NCBI GenBank assembly: GCA_001687465.1
Contig: LVLI01000195.1
Location: 62,001-114,871, forward strand
Length of the DNA stretch: 52,871 bases
Direction of reading: 5' to 3'
Source of the DNA: Halocafeteria seosinensis
Lineage: Eukaryota
The notes under the pieces: model-generated
What the model was told of the DNA's origin: nothing
Databases searched by the model: none
Seen by the model: only the letters and a program-made list of their open reading frames with translations
Program-made: the position numbers and the translations under genes
In this document: positions 1 through 12,333 of the stretch, piece by piece
Layout: every line of letters begins with the position of its first letter
Position numbering within the stretch: position 1 is the first letter of the stretch

Positions 1-2
1 CC

Positions 3-2378
3 AAAGATGTTGTCCGAACCTGTTCTCAACATGCTCATCTTCAACGCAAGAAGACTCAAACCCAGCTGCAATCCCAGGTGCGGGAGTACCTTACGCGTGA
101 AGCTGCATTCATTGAGTGCATGGTTGATGATTTTGCAAACCTTTCAGTACCTGCACTCGATCGCATCTTTGAAAAGCTTGTGCGCTTCGCGGAAGTGGCA
201 ACGGAGGTTAACCAGCTCAAAGAATTGACGGATCGCCAGAGGACTTCAGTGAAGAGGTATACTCCTATCGCAGACAAGCTGCGGCTGCTCCACGGCTGCA
301 TGAACTGGATCAACACTACACTCTCCTCGCCCTTATTTGAAGTTAGTCACCTGATTGATGTACTGCAAAGGGTGACTAAGGAGAAGCAGAAGGCTGGTGT
401 CGAGCTTCGCGAGCTCCTCCTATCTATGGTTGGAGATGTGACTGCTGAAATATGGAAGACACTTAGAATGAGCCTGCAGCACAAAGATCGTATTTTGTGG
501 GACACTCGCGTGATCGTTTCCCTGGCTCAAGATGAGGGTGTGATTAATGACGACGACACAAAGGGAATTTTGAGCCTCCTACAGCCTAACAACGGTAGGA
601 TTCATCAGTGTCCCTTCCTGGCGAAGATTGAGGGGAAATTCGAGACTCTAAGCTACCCTGATGATAGTATATCCTTGAGGGAATTGACGGACCTGCTCAG
701 GCAGCATTTTTCTGAAGAAAGTGACTCTCTGATCACCCAAGCGTTGAAGAGTGTCACCGCGTCACTCCTGCAAACTCGATGGGACTCGCACAATATTGTC
801 CTTGCATGCCTTGAGCAATACTTTGGTGTGCTCGCATTTACTACGTCTAGGTTCCTCAGCACATGTGCTTCGAATAACTTTCCCGTTTTACTGAATACTG
901 ATGGTTATCCTTCTGATGTTGCAATCAGAACCCTTGTAAGCCAGGTTGTGTCAAACGGAGAACACCCGGTGGTTCATTATAGACATTGGAAGGAATGGAT
1001 TCGATCCACAGATAAGTTAGCAGAGGCCCATAAAAGCCAGTGGATACTCGTAACGGGGGTAGATTCACGAGATGAGTTGGCAGCCTTATTCCCTGTTTTC
1101 GAAAGCATGAGGAAAGAACGAACTCACGAGAATTTTCGGCTGATACTTTCTTGTGTGGATTTTAGCGGCATAACTACGTGGGCATTGCAGCAGACCACGG
1201 TGTGTCACGGCTGCGTTGAAACCGACTATGGAGGCTACAGGAGTCACTGCGAAGTAGCTTTGTCCTATGAAGACGGGAGTCTAACGAAGCCAATGTGGGC
1301 AACGGCTGGCGCAATGACGCTGTTCAACTTGGCCAAAAACTGCTTTGGGGTCTCTAAGGACCAGTCAACTGGAAGGATCAAGACATGTACTCTTGACATC
1401 CAAAGCGTGTGGGACAAAGTCATCAGTGGCCAGGAACAGTGCCCCGCTTCCATTGTGAGCAGTTTTGCTAAACAACATTTAACTTGCATGGAAGATATCA
1501 ATGACTCGGCCATTCTTGATCTGATAGTGGACTGCTGGGTAAATGAGGCGCTAGCAGCAGAGGAAATGCCTAACGATCCGACCATCTTTATAAAGCTAGC
1601 AAACATACAAAAGCGAACCAGTGACCTCGTAAGGATGCAGGAATCCGTAGTGGCGCAAGAGCTGCAAACTACGTTTAATTTGTATTGCCAATCGGTCCAA
1701 GTCTTGAGAAAGTCAAACAACCTGCCATCAGACTTCACGAAAACGCCATTGGGATATTTAATGGCCGAACGTGTTATCCGCACTATGCGCAACATCATTT
1801 TTGAAGCATCCTTCCAGCGAGCATGTCAAGATAACCTTGTTCCAAGTACCCCCACGAATGATTGCGCATTTATTCCCCAGTGGTTTCGCTCGTCAAGTCT
1901 CTCTTCTAGAGAGCTCCACGTACTTCGTGAAGCTACCAACTCGATGGTGCGTACATATAAGCAAGAAGCAGTAGCGTTTCAGTCGAACCTGCTTGCGTGT
2001 CCATCTGTTACTGACTGTCATGTGCTGTTAAAGGCAAGCAGAACCGATGCCTTCGAGCTGATCCCTGAATTCTCGAAGGAGGGTAAAGACGACTCTATAC
2101 AGGATTCGGTAACTGTGTATGGGATTTCGTACGACCCATACAATAAGACCTGGGGACCGCGACATGCGGTCGAGGGAGACTCCGGTTTCATCTCATTTCA
2201 ATTCGTTGGAGACGAGGAAGATAACACTACCCTACGATTCCCGTGTCCTGTGTACAGAAAATTGCTGTCCAGTGGGAATGTCCTGCTCCTTCACTATGGT
2301 TATCTTGCCATGGAGGTAAGAGGAAAAGATGATATGGTGACATTGTTTGAAAGGCGGCCCTTTATAGTTCTCGAGTAA
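3..2378 (+). CDS. 3' part of a highly divergent dynein-heavy-chain-like protein (5' end outside the window)
   Basis: Frame is open from base 3 to TAA at 2376-2378. WILVTGV...THENFRLILS resembles the dynein AAA6 region (W..LQN.H...H..FRL.LT). FPCPVYRK near the C-terminus resembles the dynein C-terminal Y.CPVY motif. Confidence 0.5.
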   Translation, partial: KDVVRTCSQHAHLQRKKTQTQLQSQVREYLTREAAFIECMVDDFANLSVPALDRIFEKLVRFAEVATEVNQLKELTDRQRTSVKRYTPIADKLRLLHGCMNWINTTLSSPLFEVSHLIDVLQRVTKEKQKAGVELRELLLSMVGDVTAEIWKTLRMSLQHKDRILWDTRVIVSLAQDEGVINDDDTKGILSLLQPNNGRIHQCPFLAKIEGKFETLSYPDDSISLRELTDLLRQHFSEESDSLITQALKSVTASLLQTRWDSHNIVLACLEQYFGVLAFTTSRFLSTCASNNFPVLLNTDGYPSDVAIRTLVSQVVSNGEHPVVHYRHWKEWIRSTDKLAEAHKSQWILVTGVDSRDELAALFPVFESMRKERTHENFRLILSCVDFSGITTWALQQTTVCHGCVETDYGGYRSHCEVALSYEDGSLTKPMWATAGAMTLFNLAKNCFGVSKDQSTGRIKTCTLDIQSVWDKVISGQEQCPASIVSSFAKQHLTCMEDINDSAILDLIVDCWVNEALAAEEMPNDPTIFIKLANIQKRTSDLVRMQESVVAQELQTTFNLYCQSVQVLRKSNNLPSDFTKTPLGYLMAERVIRTMRNIIFEASFQRACQDNLVPSTPTNDCAFIPQWFRSSSLSSRELHVLREATNSMVRTYKQEAVAFQSNLLACPSVTDCHVLLKASRTDAFELIPEFSKEGKDDSIQDSVTVYGISYDPYNKTWGPRHAVEGDSGFISFQFVGDEEDNTTLRFPCPVYRKLLSSGNVLLLHYGYLAMEVRGKDDMVTLFERRPFIVLE

Positions 2379-2450
2379 CTGCTAGCCTAGTATTGGGCAT
2401 CTATCCCATTGGCCCGTGGGTGTCACCCGTGTGTGTGTGTCTCATCATGT

Positions 2451-4885
2451 CTAGAGAAGAGAAGAGCTGGCAAAACTGGAGAGGTCGAAAACTCGGGCAG
2501 ACTGAGTGGGCGTCGACGTTGCGGGTTGTTGTGACTTCCGATAGCGATTCGGATGAAACGTAAGATGATGCGGTGCATCTTCGCCGGTATTCTGTTCGGT
2601 CGTACCTACCGCAGAGTCCACATTCGTTTCCGGGGCAGTTCTTTGGGGTCGTGGTGTTTGTAGATCAGTTTTCGATTGCGTGTTTCCTCTCCCTCTCGAG
2701 CCTACAGTGAGATTGTGAGCTTCCTGAATGTCTCTTTGACTCTTAGAATAGTGCGAAAAGCTATGGCCGACAGTGGCATGCTTTCCCGGACCTGTCTTTG
2801 CATTTTGAAGCTTTTGTTCACCGACTACATCTCCACCGTTTTGGAGCGTTTGGAACAAAGCTATTGCTCGCTCCAATCCGATCGGGTTGTCATCCGTCTC
2901 GGTCGGCGCGTTTACAGGCATATTAGAGCGAGTAAGGTGATATTCGTTGTCCTTTCTCCGACGAAGTTCACTAGTAACCGTAGAGAACAAAATGGATTTT
3001 CCTCGAAAAGGAGTGGACTCCTTTATCTGCATGGAAAGACTTGCTTCCTTAGTGTATGCTGGTTTGTTTTATCGTGTTACGTACCTTGAACAGTAACAGT
3101 GCCATGAGAAATATACAAAGAATGTTCACAATCGTTAACACAAAACTGTAAGCACCCGCAACAAGGAGTTCTGAAGCAGTACTACTGGAATCGATCTCAT
3201 CGGACAACGCGAGCAACGCAGCGAATGCCATCAGTTGGCCCGCGTTCACAAGTGGAGGCAGAAGCGCTGCACTAATAGCAACCCCTACCAAACTCGCGGT
3301 GTTTTCTCCCAGAACACTGAGTGCCACGCCGACACCCGAGGGTATGGCAATAGTAACGCCTATCCAAAGGCTTTGAGAATCTCCGCGTTCAGACATTTGT
3401 CCTGTAGCAAAGACTCGAAATATACACTACAGAGTTTCGAAGTCTACATGTTTTATGCTAGGGAGAGCCAAAGGTTCTTACCTGTGGGCCAATCCAGATC
3501 CGCATTGCCGAGTGTCAACCCAATGATTATGCCACCTACTACGCATATCAGCAATCCCAGCCCTTCCGAAACAAGACCTCTTTTTACCATACTCCAATCG
3601 AAGATGAAAGTACCGAAAGTGATGCAAATAATGGGTCCCATTAGAGGAGACACCAGCATACTCGCCACAATCACAACTGCATTGTCGATTCCCAACCCAA
3701 TACCAGCCAACAGGCTTGCAGCGATACAGAGTAGAAGGTAATCGAAAGAAAACACGGCACCAGCGTTAATTCTGGCAATGAGTTTGTCTACTAAGATTCG
3801 AGAGCCGATCGTTTTGGTAAAAGAATCCTTTGTATTTTTTGCGGCACCTCCCATGGATTCCCTGATAGCCAAAGATTCTAGCTCTGGTGTAAGGCCACTA
3901 CCGTTAGCGTACCTCTGTCTGATCTCCTTGTAGCGAGCCATAATGTGAGGGGCAGGACGACTAATTTCCGCTGGGACTACAGTAACTGTTCCACACTGAG
4001 GATAAGCGTCACTCCCTACTCCAAGTTCTGCCGCCATTTCTTGAATGACGTATTCCACGTTGTATCCATCAAACACACGGAACAGATACACAACATGGCA
4101 GTCCATGTGTTCTTTAGCAAGTCTTGTGCGAGCTTTTTCGCTCTTTACGAACTCGCCGTCTGGATGAAACAGCTTCGCGCTAGTGAAGGAATCAAGCAGT
4201 TTTCTCCTTCCCACTACTTTTTCATAAATATCCGCTCTTTCAAAAAACTCGTCTGCGTTCCAATGAGAGATCCGTAACGGAGAATCGGACCTTGAAAGCG
4301 ACTGGACAACGTACCCATATACTGTTCTACAGGCCACCATACCATTCCGGGTGGCAGGTCATTCGAAGTGTCCCCGGTTTGTGCTGTTTCGCTTTCAAAC
4401 GGTATCGCGCTTCCCCTTCCTTCCGGATACGACAAGTTCACCGTGGTTGGGGCCACGGGAGCCCCAGAATCCTTGGTCGCCACCGAGCTGAAGGAACCTC
4501 GTCCATGCTGGTGGTAACCCGCGGCGCTGCTTAGACTTTTCGAGCGGGATACACTGCATTCGCTGTCACTTCCGTCACCTCCATCCGCAGCGTTATTACG
4601 TTTGTCTTCTCTGAATAAGGGGGCGAATCGATCGGCCAGACTGACATACGAGCTCGATTTCTTAACTACGTTCACGTCACGATCACTGGAACATACTGAC
4701 GCAGCAGACCTGCCATCGTGGGTACTTCCATCATTATTACCTTTATGCGCGGCGCTATGAGAAGAGTTCGTCATTTTCAAATATTCCGCCTTGATTTGCT
4801 CCAGAGTGTCTCCTCGTGGCGTCTCCACGCTACTCATAGGTACCTGTGTTATCACAGGCACCTCCACCATGAAAAAGAAAGCCAT
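2451..4885 (-). CDS. DUF389 (TIGR00341-like) multi-pass membrane protein, spliced
   Basis: Motifs FSFDYLLL..AASLLAGIGL, DNAVVIVASMLVSPLMGPI and SLVGVAISAALLPPLVNAG. Three ORF pieces plus a C-terminal tail are joined by GT-AG introns (about 4253-4312, 3402-3481 and 3030-3083). Confidence 0.88.
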
Positions 4886-5554
4886 TCTGCTGGAGATATG
4901 ATTGATGTGCCCTATAAGAGGTCGAGATACGTTGAAATGAGCGCATCAGAAGACCAATATCAAGTAACATATATATCAACATATCTGACCAGCACATACA
5001 TGAAGTTCACATCCACATTCACACATCAAGGCTACATCATTGAGGAGACAGCAAAAGCCACTCTATACGACTATAATGTATGAGTACTTGACATGAAAGC
5101 TTCGTTTGAGGTGTGTCTGATTTACGTGTTTCCTATATAATTTCGTGTTCGACAATGAGGAACCCAGCATCCGGCATTCGAATTAGGAAGATGGTAATCA
5201 AAGGGCCAATTTATTGTGATTCGTGGCATCATGCTTTCCATCCATTCTGGACTACTATTCGGAGACCGCGGAATGCTTTCGGAATGCTTTCTCGAAGAAA
5301 TTCTTGTTGAAGACCTCTGCTGAAGCGCTGTACCAAAAGTGGAATTCTTTTTCATGGATTCCTAAGCATATAGCTCACCAGATCGGATTGCTACGTTCCC
5401 ATACACCTGTGCTGTTTACAGAGAGGGTAACAGTATCTGTTTCCATCCATATAATTCCATATACGTGGCCAAGTAGATCATAAAGCAGTCCAAAAAGAAT
5501 CCATATAATCCAGACAGAATTCTTCTTTAAGTGCGTATTGGCTCTTTCCCTACA

Positions 5555-6189
5555 ATGAGTTCCGAAAAGGACAACCATAACAAGGAGGACGAAGAGGAAC
5601 AAAAGAAGAAGAAACAGCAGAGCGCATTGGTACAGAATTTTAGCTCGTTCACCCAGAATCTTACGGAAGAAGAATTGACGGAAACGCAAAAGGACCACGA
5701 GAAAAGTAGGTCCCCCTTTCATCCATCAGTGACCATCACATGAGCTATACGCGATTCATTGAATTCATTTTACCCCCAAACAGTCTGTGGAGAGCTGCTT
5801 AAAACCATGAAGCAGACAAACGAAGTTCTGGACAAACTTTGCAGCCGCGGATATCAACGCATCAGTACGTTCCTCGCCTCGCCAAAATCTCACGGGATAA
5901 ACACAGTCATTGCATCAATGCTCCTTGCATTCTATCTATTTCTAAACTGGCAGGTGATGTAGCCCATTCCCGTGTGACGATTGCCCAACAACTCTCTCTT
6001 AGAAAGCTCCAAGACGTAAAGCAAACCGCAAGCAAGGCGGAGAGTTATTTGAATACACGTCAAGTATACGACAATGTTCTGGACCAAACGCTGGCTTTGA
6101 CGAACAAAATCGATCCCGAAACGGTACCCGATGCAGAGGAGATACGTTCAAAAGTAGAAGGATTAAAACATCTCTTGAAACACTTCTAG
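5555..6189 (+). CDS. Small helical hypothetical protein, 3 exons (weak KxDL-like resemblance)
   Basis: ATG at 5555 (MSSEKDNH...). Exon ORFs CGELLKTMKQTNEVLDKL and DVAHSRVTIAQQ...LLKHF* are separated by GT-AG introns. Confidence 0.6.
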
Positions 6190-6201
6190 ATTCTTTCTGG
6201 T

Positions 6202-9200
6202 TCAAGTAGATGCGGGATAGTATCGGCCCAGCGTGCTCATCACATTCTGTAATTCCCACGTTGCAAGACTAGCATGTGGGGTATGGTTTGTTGCAGATTT
6301 TTCGAGGAGTTTTTCTGTACACTTTTTTAGCTCACTAGACTCCACACCTTGATCCCTTGCAACAATCTGAACGAGGGTCCAGAACGCTTGTTGGACCTCC
6401 AGAGGCCATATATTCTCACTAGAAAACTTCTCAAAGCACTTTGCAATTGTGCGAGTAGTGCACACGTTACCATCAGGAGCTTCCGATTGATCTGAAGACT
6501 CGGGAACTTGCAAGATAAACTTTGTTAACTCCGATGATAAATGGCGATTAGCGCGATAAAGTATCATATCATGGGAAGGCACATGCGCGCAAAAGAAGTT
6601 GAGAAGGTTCCATTTCATCCTCCATCCACTCATCAATAACTTCCTCGTAAAACCATGCTTCAGTACTCCTTCTAAGAGAACTTGCACGAAAGTGAGAGTC
6701 TTTCCAGAATAATCAGATTTAGTCTTACTCTCTCCGTGCTTGCCATACATCCACTGGTATATATCCAGGTACTCTGCAGCAACTGTTAGCTGGTGTGTTC
6801 CTTTGTGCAATAACATCTGTAGACTGTCACTTGGTGAGTCTACAGTTCTTGCAGTCACGTCCCCGTTGCTATCTGTGATGCTCCCTTGCATCATTAGATA
6901 GAAGACGATTAGTAAGTCGCGGAATTCGTCTTTATCGAACTGTTTCGCGTACGTCCACGACTGAAGAAACAATAAAACGACGTCTACAACCGACCCATTT
7001 GGTGCGCCTTCTTTCTTATTCAACCAATTTGCTAGACTGTTCTGAATTTCGCAAAGTAAAAGTAAGCCCATAGAAGCGATACTACAGACACGGTTCATTT
7101 CTGTAAATCCTGATAATGCTCTTGAGGACGCTTCCTGGAGCTTTGCATTATAATCGCTCGTATTTTGGCTGTCCAAATCCAGATTAATCTGCGCCATTGT
7201 TTCAGTCAATGGCTGCAACTGAAAAGTTTGTTGATGCTTCTCGATATCTTGAAGAATTAAGTCAAATAATGAGGAGAACGGCTCAGCAGCAGAATTCAGG
7301 CCATTTAATAGTTGAGCAGGACCTATCGACTGAAGGAGGTCCCCGGCGACGCCTTGAGCTACCTGGGCATATGCTTCAATATCTGGAAGACATGCCGCAA
7401 GCAAAGCCTTACGAGAAGAGCGTAGAGAAGTAAGCATCGCATTAAGTATCTTTTGCGACTTCATCTGATTTGATACTCTTCCTTCAAAAATGTCTCTGAG
7501 CTGCTGCATATGAGAAGCTTCATCACTTCCATTAAAAACCTCATTTGATAGTTTCTTTTCATGAGATTGTGCCTCTGGATGCGACCCATTCTGGTTATTG
7601 CCATTTTCATGGGTTGATGGAACCCTGTCACTAAATTTGTCGAAGATTCCGTCTAGAGCTTTGCGGGTGCCTTCATCCCAGTGTCCTTGTTGGATATGCT
7701 GCCGAATAGTGTCAGTAGACTTTATCACTTTGCATTTAATGCATTCTTCAACAGCGACGGCAAACGTTGAAAGCACCCTCTTCGGAAGAGAGGCAGGAAA
7801 AAGCCTGTTCGAGGAAGCCGATGGTAAAACCACAGAATGCTAGCCGTATCAACGGGTGCTGATACTTACTTTTGAGGCCTCTTGCCGAGGTACGTTAGAA
7901 GCGTGCTCGCTAATTCCTTCGAATGAGCTACGCAATGATGTAAGAGCAAAATTCCAGGTTCAATGGACATAACACTCGAGTTCTTCTTCACAGGATCAAA
8001 GCTGTACCAGTCCCAGAACAAAGCATCAAGACATTGAGTCATTGCGGATGGGGTATCCCTGGAAGCAGCAGAAATGAACATGATTCTCCCGTGATAGATT
8101 CAGCACTGAGAGCAATTCTACGGAGAGTGGCTTTTGACGTACGCTTGCTGTAACAACCACTTAACAAGCATATATCGCGGATACACGTCGCTGTGTACAG
8201 CTTTTCCCGAAGGGTGCATCACTGCAACAGTCCATCGTACTATATCCGCTAACATAGCGCCCTTATCGCCGGCGCACTGATCAATATGTCTGAAATGTCC
8301 AACATAAAATTCCACAGGCATGTGTTAACGCAGAAAAGTACCTTAAACTGCCAAGTACTTACGTTTCTTTGAACCAAGTGAGATATCGGGCGGCGTTGTC
8401 TCGAGGAACCTCCAACAATAGAAATGATAATTTCTTGTCCTGATCTGGTGTTAAGAGAGTGAGAATTGTACGCCCGGAGGTTCTAGTGTACATCATTGCT
8501 TCGACGTTGGGGAGACTCTGGTCAGATGAAGTCGAGGTGATTTCCGTCCATATCTTCCTTGTAGTAGAATGGGGACAAGCGACGAGAAGTCTGGGTATGT
8601 CTCTACCACCATCGCAAATATTAGCCTTATGTTCCGTCCAAATGCTTGATACTAAGTCTGACTGCCTCTTCAAAAACGCATTCTGTTGCTCATCCTTCTG
8701 GTCTACCATCGACCGGACAAGTTTAAGAAAGCAACAGACGGCTATTGAAGGAGAGGAAAATAGTCTCAACTTTTGGTGACTGAGCAGTTCGACAAGTCTG
8801 TTCAGGAAAGCTAAATTTTTGTTGCTCATATCGCCTCCTGTGCAAAGGACGCGATACCCCGAAGAGTATAAGTTACGTGCGTGACTCCACGCCATTCTAC
8901 TGGTCCCGAACGTACCTGCAATATGTCGCATGACCATTTTCAGCAAAGATTCCACTTCAGGTCGATTTTTCAGTATAAGCTCGTTCAAAATCCATAGTAT
9001 CTGTACACGTCCAGAAAAATAACCAATTACGGTATCCACTTGATCCAAGGACTTCAGCACCACTTCACCTACCTGATTCTTGGATCGTCGAGTGAATTTC
9101 ACCATTTTCTCCCTGATAAGTTTTTCAGTTTCCTTGACGGCAATTTCGATTCCATCTGATACTTTAAGAATGCTCTTCCAAAATGTCATGGATTGCTGTG

Positions 9201-9499
9201 GATTTGCTAAAATCCCATACAAACAGCCTTGGACAGTCCCCGCAGGATCAGAGGATGCCCGTTGACCAAATTGCGATTGGGATACTGACGCCTCTTTGCT
9301 CAAAATGCTCCCGATATGTTGATAATGCGTCTTCCATTCCTGCATCAACACGCATCTTAAGTGGCTGGATACGTCAACCAACCCGTATTACTGTCGTACG
9401 TACCTCCTCGAGGGCATCTTTGGGGTCCAAGGGGTCCTGAGAGAAGATGGCATGAGGAGCATTGCTTCCTCCTCCCGAAGCGCTCGACTGACTGTCCAT
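6202..9499 (-). CDS. INTS3: Integrator complex subunit 3 (SOSS-A), multi-exon
   Basis: Exon 1 MDSQ...AIFSQDPLDPKDALEE. Conserved motifs GCLYGILANP, GGDMSNKNL, GRDIPRLL, LTPDQDKKLSFLL..RYLTWF, LADIVRW..VMHPS...SDVYPRY..VKWLL and ALFWDWYSFDP..SVMSIEPGILLL occur in INTS3 order. Confidence 0.92.
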
Positions 9500-9728
9500 T
9501 TACAGTATATACCGGGGGAAACTTAGTGTCTAACTATATGGCAATGTTCTCTTTTTATCAATCCAGAAAAGTTAACAACCCGAATTCGAGAGGGACTGAC
9601 TACTTGCAAAAACCTTCACAAGTCCTCACGAGCCAAACAAACCTCAATATGACGCGTGCTGATAGCCGACTCTGTCTCTATGAAGCGGTAGTACCATACA
9701 AGGGGTATATGTGGAATTATGTAGATTC

Positions 9729-12333
9729 TCACAAGGAAGAAGCCATAGTTTGAGCGAACTGCAGTGTACGGAGATTTTGCTCCATATCGGAACTCTGATC
9801 AATGACGTGAGCTAATAAGATAATTCGGGTATGTGGGGTGCTAAGGATGGGTTCCAATATGCGAGTTAGCTGGAATTCACGCAAGCAGCAATGTGCCAAA
9901 ACGAAATGACATCGATTTCCACTGATTGCCTCGTACCTTGGAATTACGAAAAGTGACATGTTGATCACCCTTCCTAACTGCTTTGATAACTTGAGAAAGA
10001 CTAGATAAACTCTTCGCGATATACCCAGTTTCCTGCGTTTGCCAAACAAAAAAAAGTATTTGAGGGCTGCAATATAAAAGAGCTGAGCGAGCGAACCTGT
10101 TGCTGTTTCTCAGTACGCCCTGTTGCTTTTGCCTTATCCACGAAACTTGACTTCTCGCTGCCAGCGAGGTCGACAATCTCAATTAATGATTCCACCGACT
10201 CTGACCTCCTTATGCGAATCACCATGTGGCTTCGAGAAGAATATCGATTCAGCAAAGTGGCCGACTGCTTCCTCAGTGATTTGATGGACTTTAGACACTG
10301 CGTTACCTGCTTCTGGTTGTCTATGGTAAGCCACTGCGGTTCCGCTGCATGAGTTGATTTCTCATCCAACGAATGATGAATGCATGACTCATTGTATATC
10401 TCGCAAACATTAACATTTAGCGACTCCATTCCCTTCAATAGAGCCTCAAGTACAAAATGCAAAAGCCCTTTACTGCCATCAGCAGAAGGGTCTCCTAGTA
10501 TCGAGTGGGTCTTGCCGCTCGATGACGCTCCATGAGCAATGACACATAACCCTCCACGCTCTAATTCATTGCCGCACGCGGATAAGATTTCTGGGAGGGT
10601 ATAGTGAACAATTCCAATACAACTTTGTGAACAGGGACCGAAAACGCAATAACATACCCTCATACAGAGCACTCTGAGGTTCAGTAGGTGTAACTATCTT
10701 TGCGAATCGGTAGGAGCAGTCTCTACTCGGTGCTTTCTTCTTCTGATCTATAAAGTCCTCGTAGCGAACACGGTTGCTTTGGTTTCCTTTTATTTTCATT
10801 GTGTCAAGCACAGCTCCATCTTCATTGCTACACGTCAGTTCGAAATTGTTTACCGAACCAGAACTGGAGGGCTTTATGCGGCAAACCACTTTCACCCTAC
10901 CCTCCACTCGTGAGAGCTTGTCGCGTACTGAAGTATGCGTAACACGCCATCCGATTTAGTCAAATTAAAAACCGTGACGCCACAAGAAGGTATGAACTTA
11001 CAGCGGGAGGCCCTGTGGCGGTTCACTGACAGCTCCTCTTCGAGTTCTCGAATCTTGGCTTTTTGTTCCGAATTTTGCTGAACGATTCCGTCTATCGTCT
11101 CTTTAAGGTATTTGTTCTCATTAAGTAGGAATGATGCCCTATCTTGCCATTGGCGGGTGCTCCTAAGAGATCTGCGGCAACTGCTTCTGAAGTCTGGAAA
11201 ATCTTAACATTCCAGGAGTGCGACTTACTTTTGTAGCAGTAGTTGTAATTGACTCGAAATTGATTGCTGCGCATCATGCTGTGACTTCATATAAGCTCTA
11301 GAGCTTTCCTGTCAAATGTAAATTGTAACAAATGATCCCGACCTATGTATCAATCATTTCCTGTATCACCAACATACTTTTAACGTTGAGTTAGAATGAC
11401 GAAGATTGGCAACGTCTTGCCGTACAGACTCTAAGTGAGTCCGAAATTTGTGTTCCCTATCTAGTTTTGCCTTGGAGTTATTTGACTGTGGACGCAAAAC
11501 TAAGCACCGTCTCACGACTCCAGATTTCGAGCGAGTTGTTCCGTTGAGACTGTCAGGAGTGAATTGTTGTTGCTGAGAAGGAGCGGGGGTCTCACCGACA
11601 GAAGAAGGATCCTTTCTGTTTGTCCTGTAAGAAACAGGAGTCTGATGTAGATGAGGTCCACTTGTGCGGTGAGAATGTTGACTAATTTCCTGGTCAGCTA
11701 CAGGAGTAACTTGTCCACTGGAATTTGTACGCTGTGGCGTAGTTTCTTTCAAGGCTGTCGTATGCTGACAAATGCTTTGCTTCGCCACTGCGGATCTCTT
11801 CGTAGTTGATACTGGGATGCTGGAATCGACGGCTCCCCCAGAGGATGAGGCTGGCGACACAAGGGCAGAGGGGATTTTTTCCTGGTTTCCTTGCCTTCGC
11901 TCCAATCTACAAATTCCAGTTCCAGCTTCGCGTCTTGAGTGGGGTGGCTCCTTCCTACTAGTTTCCGTACACGGGCTATTCCTCTTAGGGTAGATGCATT
12001 CCACGTTAGTATTAGTCCTTTCCAGCACAGGACACTGGGCTCGCTGGCTGCATCGTGTATCTTTATGGTTCCCGGATCTTATTTTCTCTTTTCCACGGTC
12101 CCATCGAGATGACTGCACCGGCATCGAACGGCGCACATCTCCTGCATGGGTCTTCTGAGCGGGGCTCTCCACGCGTCTCCCGTTGGAAGCAATGCTGCCA
12201 AACTGCAGTAATAGAGGTCAGTCGTCGTGTCTCTGGATAAAATTCAAGGTGAACCGCGACGTACATTCGGTAGATCCTTCCAATGGATCTTCCGTGAGTC
12301 CTTTGGTCCTTGATTCTCTTTCTCCTCGTCCAT
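9729..12333 (-). CDS. Divergent kinesin with a C-terminal motor domain (kinesin-14-like), multi-exon
   Basis: Motor motifs: GRVKVVCRIKP, YRFAKIV, P-loop AHGASSSGKTHSI, CEIYNE, NRYSSRSH, IVDLAGSE, IAKSLSSLSQVI, HVTFRNSK/LTRILEP and LRTLQFA. A low-complexity N-terminal region and short coiled coil lie at 11000-12333; their linkage to the motor exons is inferred from splice sites. Confidence 0.85.
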
